A DNA stretch of 46,836 bases from Alphaproteobacteria bacterium. Lineage in GTDB: Bacteria > Pseudomonadota > Alphaproteobacteria > GCA-2731375. Location: contig JAYGEB010000127.1 of assembly GCA_046582595.1 (NCBI GenBank), forward strand, positions 1 to 46,836, written 5' to 3'. A program made the position numbers and the translations under genes. Of this stretch, positions 7,946 through 15,141 are shown in pieces; the first letter of the stretch is position 1, and every line of letters begins with the position of its first letter. Under the pieces are notes generated by a model. The model saw only the letters and a list, made by a program, of their open reading frames with translations, searched no databases and was not told the origin of the DNA.

Positions 7946-10306
7946 CTAAAACCTCGCGCTTGCCCACATGGTTGGCGCGGCCGACGACGCCTCCGTTTCC
8001 ATGCGGTCGATCAGATCGGCGGCACGGTTATAGCCGATTTTCAATTGCCGTTGCAAAAACGAGGTCGAGGCCTTTTGATTCCGGGCGATGACGTCGACGG
8101 CGGCATCATAGAGGGCATTGCCGCTATCGCCGCCCTGTTGATTTTGGGCCTGGCCGAATTCCATTTCCGCCCCTGGTTCGGCCTCCTCGGTCACGGCGTC
8201 GAGATATTCGGGCCGGCCTTGTCGTTTCAGATGATTGACCACCGCCTCCACTTCCTCGTCGCTGACAAAGGGGCCGTGTACCCGGTTGATGCGGCCGCCG
8301 CCCGCCATGTACAGCATATCGCCCATGCCCAGCAGTTGTTCGGCGCCCTGCTCGCCCAGTATTGTCCGGCTGTCCACCTTGGCGGTGACTTGAAAACTCA
8401 CCCGGGTCGGAAAATTGGCCTTGATGGTGCCGGTGATGACATCGACCGAGGGCCGTTGCGTGGCCATCATGACGTGGATGCCGGCGGCGCGGGCCATTTG
8501 CGCCAGACGTTGCACGGCGGCATCGATTTCCTTGCCGGCGACCATCATCAGGTCGGCCATCTCGTCGACGATGACGACGATATAGGGCATCGCCTCGGTA
8601 TCCAGCACCCGGTCTTCGAATAGGGGTTGGCCGGTCTCGGCGTCATATCCGGTCTGCACCGTGCGCTTCAGTTCCTCTCCGCGCCTCTCGGCTTCGGCCA
8701 GGCGTTGGTTGTAGCCGTCGATGTTGCGCACGCCCAAATTGGCCATGGCGCGGTAGCGGTTTTCCATCTCCCGCACGGTCCATTTCAAGGCCATGATGGC
8801 CTTGCCCGGATCCGTCACCACGGGGGTTAGAAGATGGGGGATGTCGTCGTAGACGCTTAATTCCAGCATCTTCGGATCGATCATGATCATGCGGCAACGT
8901 TCAGGCGGCAGGCAGTACAGCAACGACAGGATCATCGTGTTGATGGCCACGGATTTGCCCGAACCGGTGGTGCCGGCGATCAGCAAATGGGGCATCTTGG
9001 CCAGATCGACCAGCACCGGCGCGCCGGCGATATCCTTGCCCAGGGCGAGGGGCAGGGTCAGTTTGGACTTTTCGTAATCGGCGGTGGAAAGCAGTTCCCG
9101 CAGAAAGACGGTCTCCCGGTCCTGGTTCGGCAATTCGATGCCAATGGCATTGCGTCCCGGCACCACGGCGATACGGACGCTGCGGGCGGACATGGAGCGG
9201 GCGATGTCGTCGGACAGGCTGATCACGCGGGATGTTTTGGTACCCGGCGCCGGTTCCAATTCGTACAACGTGACCACGGGGCCGGGGCGGACCTGCACGA
9301 TGCGGCCATGTACGCCATAGTCGTCCAGCACGGTTTCCAGCATGCGGGCGTTCTGTTCCAGGGCGCCTTCGTTGATGCCGCGGCCTTGTTGGGCCCGCGG
9401 CGGCATGGCCAGAAGGTGCAAGGCGGGCAACTGGTATTCCTCGCCCTCGCTCAGCGCCAGGGCCGGTTGCTGCTCTTGCTGGGCCCGGCGGCTTTTGCGG
9501 ATTTTTTTGCTTGGCTTTCTGACCCGGCCCGGCGTGATCGGTTCGCCGACCTGAATGGGGACGGCCTCGGCCGATGGCGCCAACTCGTCTTCGGTCAAGC
9601 GTGGTTCGCGGCGGAACAGGGGATGGGTGGCGGCTTGCCGGCCCAGACGTTCCGCCGCCGCGGCCGCGAAACGGGCCGCGCCAAAGGTGCGGATCGAACC
9701 GGCGATGCCGGCCCTGACCAGCACCAGCCATTCGGCGAAGCGGATGCCGAGCAGATAGAGCAACAGCAATGCCGTGACCGGGGCGGCGACGGCGAGGACC
9801 AGGGGCGAGCCGGGGGATTGTCCGATCAGGGCCAGCGGCGGGGCGCTGATTTGCAGCAGCCAATCACCGCCATAACCGCCCAATCCGGCGGCCTGGGGCC
9901 ATTGTTCGGGCGCTGCCACGCTGCCCGTCAGGGCGGCCAGCAACAGCAAAACCGGCGGCGCCAGGGCCAGCCGCAAGCCATACCAGGGCAACCCTCGGTG
10001 CGAGGCGATGCGCCAGGCCCAACATGCCATGACGCCAACTACGGCCATGCTGGCCAGGCCAAGGGTCTGTAGCAATAGATCCGCCGCCCAGGCGCCCAGG
10101 CCGCCCAGCCAGTTGCCGGGGCTGCCGGCGCTGGCGACGTTCAGGGCGGCATCTTCCGGGTGGTAGCTGGCCAGGGCCAGGGCCAGGGCCGTGGCGACGG
10201 CAAACAGTAACAGCCCGGCGGTCTCCACCGCGCGGCGCCGTAGGTAGATCACGGCCGCGGGCGGCAACAGGGCCATGCCGCGCGGCGCACCACTATGTTG
10301 TGACAT
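7946..10306 (-). CDS. ftsK: DNA translocase FtsK (3' end apparently frameshifted; conserved frame would end at 7920)
   Basis: 786 aa: N-terminal membrane helices, Pro/Ala-rich linker, motor domain with Walker A GTTGSGKSV, and gamma domain ..QRQLKIGYNRAADLIDRME. The last ~18 codons of the ORF do not match the family, but the alternative frame does (see findings). Confidence 0.9.
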   Translation of the reverse strand: MSQHSGAPRGMALLPPAAVIYLRRRAVETAGLLLFAVATALALALASYHPEDAALNVASAGSPGNWLGGLGAWAADLLLQTLGLASMAVVGVMACWAWRIASHRGLPWYGLRLALAPPVLLLLAALTGSVAAPEQWPQAAGLGGYGGDWLLQISAPPLALIGQSPGSPLVLAVAAPVTALLLLYLLGIRFAEWLVLVRAGIAGSIRTFGAARFAAAAAERLGRQAATHPLFRREPRLTEDELAPSAEAVPIQVGEPITPGRVRKPSKKIRKSRRAQQEQQPALALSEGEEYQLPALHLLAMPPRAQQGRGINEGALEQNARMLETVLDDYGVHGRIVQVRPGPVVTLYELEPAPGTKTSRVISLSDDIARSMSARSVRIAVVPGRNAIGIELPNQDRETVFLRELLSTADYEKSKLTLPLALGKDIAGAPVLVDLAKMPHLLIAGTTGSGKSVAINTMILSLLYCLPPERCRMIMIDPKMLELSVYDDIPHLLTPVVTDPGKAIMALKWTVREMENRYRAMANLGVRNIDGYNQRLAEAERRGEELKRTVQTGYDAETGQPLFEDRVLDTEAMPYIVVIVDEMADLMMVAGKEIDAAVQRLAQMARAAGIHVMMATQRPSVDVITGTIKANFPTRVSFQVTAKVDSRTILGEQGAEQLLGMGDMLYMAGGGRINRVHGPFVSDEEVEAVVNHLKRQGRPEYLDAVTEEAEPGAEMEFGQAQNQQGGDSGNALYDAAVDVIARNQKASTSFLQRQLKIGYNRAADLIDRMETEASSAAPTMWASARF

Positions 10307-10341
10307 ATCCGGAATCCTTCATGAAATCGTCACGCAGCTTG

Positions 10342-11529
10342 TCATAACGTTTGGGCTATTCGGTTCAGGGCGTCTTCCATCACGGCATACTCATGCACCA
10401 TGGCGACCCGGATGTAGCGGTCGCCGGAATTGGCGCCGTCGCCGTCCGCCGCCGTCAGATAGCTGCCCGGCAGCACGCGGACGGCGGCCTGGGTCCATAG
10501 TTCCTTGGTTGCCGCCTCGCCGTCGCCCACATCCAGCCACAGGAAAAAGCCGCCCTCGGGGCGGTAGAAACCGAAGCGGTTGGACAAAATCCGTTCCGCC
10601 AGATCGAATTTCTCCCGATACAGCGCCCGGTTGGCCAACACATGCGCCTCGTCCTCCCACAGGGCCGTGGCGGCGGCATAGACGGGCAGGGGCGAGGGGT
10701 TGCCGCCGTATTCGCCAAGCCGGCGGAACAGCGTGATCATTTCGCCGTCGCCGGCCACGAAGCCGGAGCGCAAGCCCGCCACGTTGGAACGCTTGGACAG
10801 GGAATGAAAGACCAAAACGCCCGACAAATCGCCGTCCCTGGCGCAGGCTTGCAGGGTGCCGGGCGGTGGCTCGCCATTATAAATTTCGGCATAGCATTCA
10901 TCGACCACGAGCGTGAATTCGTAGCGCCGGGACAGCGCCACGAGGTCGGAGAGATAATCCAGATCCGCCACCGCGCCCTGGGGATTGCCCGGCGTGCAGA
11001 AATAAACCAGGGCGGTGCGGGCCAGTGTCGCTTCGTCCAGGCCGGCGAAATCGGGTAGAAAACCGTTCTCGGCCACGGCGTTGACAAAGACCGGCTCGGC
11101 GCCGGCCGCCACCGCCGCGCCGGCATAACATTGATAAAACGGGTTGGGCATCAGCACGATGGGCTGTTTGCCGGCCTTGTCGGGGGGCACGGCCAGGAAG
11201 GCGGTGCGGAACAGCCCCTCCCGCGTGCCGGCGCAGGGGGCGATATGATGGTCCGCCTCTATCAGCCCCTCGGGTAGATCATAGCGGCGGTTCAGCCAGC
11301 CCGCGACCGCTTGGCGGAATTCCGGGGTGCCGGCGACGGGGGGGTATTTGCCGTAAAGGTGCCGGTTGGCATGCAGTATCTCGCCCACGAAATCGGGATA
11401 GGGGTGTTGCGGTTCGCCCAGGCTCATGGCGAGGGGGGAGAGGTGGCCCGGCGGCGGCAGCGGGTCCAATAGGCCGCGCAGCCGCTCGAACGGATAATCG
11501 GGTAGCATGTCCAGGCGCGGATTGATCAT
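10342..11529 (-). CDS. PLP-dependent class I/II aminotransferase (succinyldiaminopimelate/aspartate aminotransferase-like)
   Basis: Starts MINPRLDMLPDYPFERLRGLL. PLP-lysine motif FHSLSKRSNVAGLRSG. An upstream alternative start at 11562 is possible. Confidence 0.85.
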   Translation of the reverse strand: MINPRLDMLPDYPFERLRGLLDPLPPPGHLSPLAMSLGEPQHPYPDFVGEILHANRHLYGKYPPVAGTPEFRQAVAGWLNRRYDLPEGLIEADHHIAPCAGTREGLFRTAFLAVPPDKAGKQPIVLMPNPFYQCYAGAAVAAGAEPVFVNAVAENGFLPDFAGLDEATLARTALVYFCTPGNPQGAVADLDYLSDLVALSRRYEFTLVVDECYAEIYNGEPPPGTLQACARDGDLSGVLVFHSLSKRSNVAGLRSGFVAGDGEMITLFRRLGEYGGNPSPLPVYAAATALWEDEAHVLANRALYREKFDLAERILSNRFGFYRPEGGFFLWLDVGDGEAATKELWTQAAVRVLPGSYLTAADGDGANSGDRYIRVAMVHEYAVMEDALNRIAQTL

Positions 11530-11605
11530 CCGGCGCTCCGCGGTGAAGGTCTGTGGAATCACGATTTCCGGGCCCGTTGCAATTGTTTGCCATAATAATC
11601 AGAAC

Positions 11606-11631
11606 CGATTCGCAAAGCGATTCGCGAATCG
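11606..11631. promoter_or_regulatory. direct/inverted repeat with three GANTC sites upstream of the aminotransferase gene
   Basis: CGATTCGCaaagCGATTCGCGAATCG: an 8-bp direct repeat plus the 14-bp perfect palindrome CGATTCGCGAATCG. Contains GATTC, GATTC and GAATC within 25 bp. Confidence 0.3.
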
Positions 11632-11782
11632 AGAACATAATATAAACGAACAATAGATAATGTGGCCAGCTTTTGTTGTCTATACAAGGAGTTGCGTCGT
11701 TAACTTCTTGTTAAAGGGTAAGAAATTTGCCGCTTCCGAATCGGTTTTCGCCTTTTGTTCCCGTTCGCTCCGCCGGGCGGCG

Positions 11783-11820
11783 CCAAAAGGCAAGGGCCCG
11801 GAGGTGCAACCCCCGGGCCC
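11783..11820 (-). terminator. putative intrinsic terminator after amtB
   Basis: On the minus strand, GGGCCCGG-11 nt loop-CCGGGCCC is followed by TTGCCTTTTGG, about 35 nt after the amtB stop. Confidence 0.5.
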
Positions 11821-11855
11821 CATGCGGCAACCCGCTAAACCGTCGAAACGTCGGC

Positions 11856-13151
11856 TCAGGTGATGCTTTCGCCATGCAGGCTGATATCCAGGCCTTCACG
11901 CTCGTCATCTTCCTCGACCCGAAGGCCCATGACCGCGCCGACCAGCTTGACCAGAATGAAGGTCGCGGCGGCGCTGTAGGCGATGGTAACGCCGACGCCA
12001 TACAGTTGCAGGCCGATCTGCCCCGCATTGCCTTCCAGCAGGCCCGGCGTGCCGCCGACCGCCTCGGCCGCGAAGACGCCGGTCAGTACGGCGCCGATGA
12101 TGCCGCCGATCCCATGTACGCCAAAGACGTCCAGGGCATCGTCGTAGCCCAGCTTGCGTTTCAGCCACATGACCGCGAGGAAGCAGCCCAGGCCGGCGGT
12201 CAGACCTATGATCAGCGCCCCGCCCGGCAACACGAAGCCGGAGGCGGGGGTAATGGCGACCAGGCCCGCGATGGCGCCCGAGGCGATGCCGAGAACCGAT
12301 GGCTTGCCCCGGGTCATCCATTCCGCGACCATCCAGGCCAGGGCGGCGGCGGCGGCGGCGATCTGGGTCACGGCCATGGCCATCCCCGCGTTGCCGTCGG
12401 CGGCCAGTTCGGAGCCGGCGTTGAAGCCGAACCAGCCGACCCACAACAGGGCGGCGCCGATCACGGTCAGCACCAGATTATGGGGTGCCAGGTTCTCCCG
12501 GCCATAGCCGACCCGTTTGCCCAGCACCAGGCACAGCACCAGGCCGGCGACGCCGCTGTTGATGTGGACCACGGTTCCGCCGGCGAAGTCCAACACGCCG
12601 GCGGCGCCCAGGAAGCCGCCGCCGCCCCAGACCGAATGAGCGATTGGCGCATAAACGATGACCTGCCACAGGGCCAGGAACACCATCAGCGAGGAAAACT
12701 TTATCCGTTCCGCCACCGCGCCCGTGATCAGGGCCGGCGTGATAATGGCGAAGGTCATCTGGAACATCATGAAGACCGATTCGGGAATGGTTCCGCTCAT
12801 GGAACCGACGCCGATGCCTTTCAGGAAGAGCTGGTCCAGATCGCCGATAAACGGCCCTTCGCCGGAGAAGGCCAGGCTGTAACCAATGATCATCCAGACG
12901 ATGGTGGCCATGCAGCAAACGGCGAAACTCTGCATGATCGTGGCCAGCACGTTCTTCTTGCGCACCATGCCGCCATAAAACAGGGCGACGCCGGGAATGG
13001 TCATCATCAGGACCAACAACGTGGACGTGAGCATCCAGGCCGTATCGCCGGAATTCAACTCTTCCGCCGCCAGGGCGGGCCGCGCGGCGGCGAAACAGGC
13101 GGCGGCGCTGGTGGCGCCAATCGTGATGGAACGCCATGAAAGATTGAACAT
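11856..13151 (-). CDS. amtB: ammonium transporter AmtB
   Basis: Starts MFNLSWRSITIG.. (signal peptide), with AGGAG 8 nt upstream of ATG 13151. Typical Amt helices (DTAWMLTSTLLVLMMTIPG, VVHINSGVAGL, FGVHGIGGIIG). Lies downstream of glnK. Confidence 0.92.
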   Translation of the reverse strand: MFNLSWRSITIGATSAAACFAAARPALAAEELNSGDTAWMLTSTLLVLMMTIPGVALFYGGMVRKKNVLATIMQSFAVCCMATIVWMIIGYSLAFSGEGPFIGDLDQLFLKGIGVGSMSGTIPESVFMMFQMTFAIITPALITGAVAERIKFSSLMVFLALWQVIVYAPIAHSVWGGGGFLGAAGVLDFAGGTVVHINSGVAGLVLCLVLGKRVGYGRENLAPHNLVLTVIGAALLWVGWFGFNAGSELAADGNAGMAMAVTQIAAAAAALAWMVAEWMTRGKPSVLGIASGAIAGLVAITPASGFVLPGGALIIGLTAGLGCFLAVMWLKRKLGYDDALDVFGVHGIGGIIGAVLTGVFAAEAVGGTPGLLEGNAGQIGLQLYGVGVTIAYSAAATFILVKLVGAVMGLRVEEDDEREGLDISLHGESIT

Positions 13152-13176
13152 CGAAAATCTCCTACTTGAAAAGTTA

Positions 13177-13277
13177 TTAGAGCAATTTTCGACTAATTGG
13201 ATTCGCTCTTGCGATCCAAGTAGTTGGTTCAATTGCTCTTTTCTTAAGAATTCGGGCATGTTCAAAGAGGACATGCT

Positions 13278-13280
<3 letters not shown>
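13177..13280. repeat. palindromic intergenic repeat, family A, copy 1 (fills the glnK-amtB spacer)
   Basis: 104 nt, 102/104 identical to 46599..46702. Termini TAGAGCA/TGCTCTA. 9-bp closing stem AGAGCAATT/AATTGCTCT, inner hairpin 13199-13217, TTCTTAAGAA spacer, second hairpin GCATGT/ACATGC. The right terminus contains the glnK stop codon. Confidence 0.85.
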
Positions 13281-13682
<402 letters not shown>

Positions 13683-13685
13683 TCA

Positions 13686-13702
13686 TCCAAGAATCGTGCC
13701 GG
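13686..13702 (-). promoter_or_regulatory. candidate sigma-54 (-24/-12) promoter for glnK-amtB
   Basis: The minus strand reads cGGCACgattcTTGGa versus consensus TGGCAC-N5-TTGC (the -12 C is replaced by G). It lies about 70 nt upstream of the glnK ATG. Confidence 0.35.
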
Positions 13703-13818
13703 TTTTTTAGGAATTCCCTTAAGCCATTGGAACCAAACGTAAAGAAAATTTTTTACGGGATCAATAGGGTTTAAAAACGTGATCGTTTCGCATAAATAAT
13801 AGGCAATTTCGATAATGT

Positions 13819-13833
13819 GCATAAAATTTATGC
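13819..13833. promoter_or_regulatory. 15-bp perfect palindrome, possible NtrC-type upstream activator site
   Basis: GCATAAAATTTATGC has GCA-N9-TGC dyad spacing, as in the enteric NtrC consensus. It sits about 125 bp upstream of the candidate -24 element, separated by AT-rich DNA. Confidence 0.3.
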
Positions 13834-13921
13834 GGCGCGGGTTCGGCTCAATGGGGAAACCATTAAAGTTGTCGATTATAATTTCCTTGACCGTTTTGGT
13901 TGCCGAGGGCAGGTTTGCGCC

Positions 13922-15067
13922 ATGAGCGATGACGGTAACGGTGCTTGCGGAGGGAGCCGTGAATTGACGGCGGCGGCACGGCTGGATTGGCTGCGCTTGA
14001 TTCGCAGCGAGAATGTCGGGCCCATCGTCTTTCAACAATTGCTGACGCGGTTTGGCTCGGCCGGCGCGGCGTTGCGCGCCCTGCCCGATCTGGCCCGGCG
14101 CGGCGGCCGCCGCGGGAATATCAAGCTGTGTTCCCTCGCCGCGGCCGAGGCGGAGCTGGAGGCCGCCGCCGCGGTCGGGGCCCTGCCGCTGGCCAGTTGC
14201 GAGGCGGCCTATCCGCCGCGTCTTGGCGCCCTGCCCGATCCGCCGCCGCTGATCTACGTTCTTGGCGATGCCGCGCGGTTGGCCAGCCCGGTGGTGGCCA
14301 TGGTCGGCGCCCGCTACGCCTCCGCATCGGCCATACGTTACACCCAGCGCCTGGCCCGCGATTTGGGCCGGGCGGGATTGCATGTCGCCTCCGGCCTGGC
14401 CAGGGGGATCGACACGGCGGCCCATGGCGGCGCCCTCGAGACCGGCACGATCGCGGTCTTGGCGGGCGGCGTGGATGTCGTCTACCCGGCGGAAAACCAG
14501 CAACTTTACCGCGCGATCGTCTCCCAGGGCGCGGTGATATCCGAGATGCCGCCGGGAACCCGGCCCCAGGCCCGCCATTTTCCCCGCCGCAACCGCTTGA
14601 TCTCCGGCCTGGCCCTGGGCGTCGTGGTGATCGAGGCGGCGGAACGCTCTGGCTCCCTGATTACCGCGCGCTTTGCCCTGGAACAGGGGCGGGAGGTCTT
14701 CGCCGTGCCCGGCTCGCCGATGGACCCCCGTTGCCGCGGCTCCAACCGGTTGATCAAACAGGGCGCCGGCCTGGTGCAGGAGGCCGGCGACGTGGTCGAG
14801 GCGATCGGCCCCATGATCGACCGGCCCGCTTTGTGGGAGGCGGCGCCGGGCCAGTATGACGGCCGGCCCGAAAATGCGGATTTTGATGCGGATTTTGATG
14901 CGGAACGGCGGCGGGTAACGGGTCTTTTGGGGGCCACGGCAATTGGCGTTGACGACCTAATCCGCCTGTCCGAGTTGACACCGGCCCAAGTCATCACCAT
15001 TTTGCTTGAACTTGAACTGGCGGGCCGTTTAGACCGGCATGCCGGAAATCGAGTATCTATTTCTTAA
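13922..15067 (+). CDS. dprA: DNA-processing protein DprA (Smf)
   Basis: RLDWLRLIRSENVGPIVFQQLL.. N-terminus and Rossmann core GARYASA..ASGLARGIDTAAHGGAL..GTIAVLAGGVD..YP, ERSGSLITA. ATG 13922 is preferred over GTG 13817, which lies in AT-rich promoter DNA. Confidence 0.85.
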   Translation: MSDDGNGACGGSRELTAAARLDWLRLIRSENVGPIVFQQLLTRFGSAGAALRALPDLARRGGRRGNIKLCSLAAAEAELEAAAAVGALPLASCEAAYPPRLGALPDPPPLIYVLGDAARLASPVVAMVGARYASASAIRYTQRLARDLGRAGLHVASGLARGIDTAAHGGALETGTIAVLAGGVDVVYPAENQQLYRAIVSQGAVISEMPPGTRPQARHFPRRNRLISGLALGVVVIEAAERSGSLITARFALEQGREVFAVPGSPMDPRCRGSNRLIKQGAGLVQEAGDVVEAIGPMIDRPALWEAAPGQYDGRPENADFDADFDAERRRVTGLLGATAIGVDDLIRLSELTPAQVITILLELELAGRLDRHAGNRVSIS

Positions 15068-15141
15068 CCGTCATTGGTCTGTATTGAACTTTTGCCACCG
15101 CGTTTCCGGTTCTTGTCTTAGATGAAGTGAGTCTCCGCATA

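Noticed and set aside
11640-11863. Small ORF 11660..11863(+) in the AT-rich spacer between amtB and the aminotransferase gene, considered as a possible small protein or sRNA.
   Set aside because: The translation is basic and low-complexity with no convincing RBS. It runs through the amtB terminator hairpin and into the amtB 3' end on the opposite strand. No independent evidence for an RNA gene could be derived by eye.
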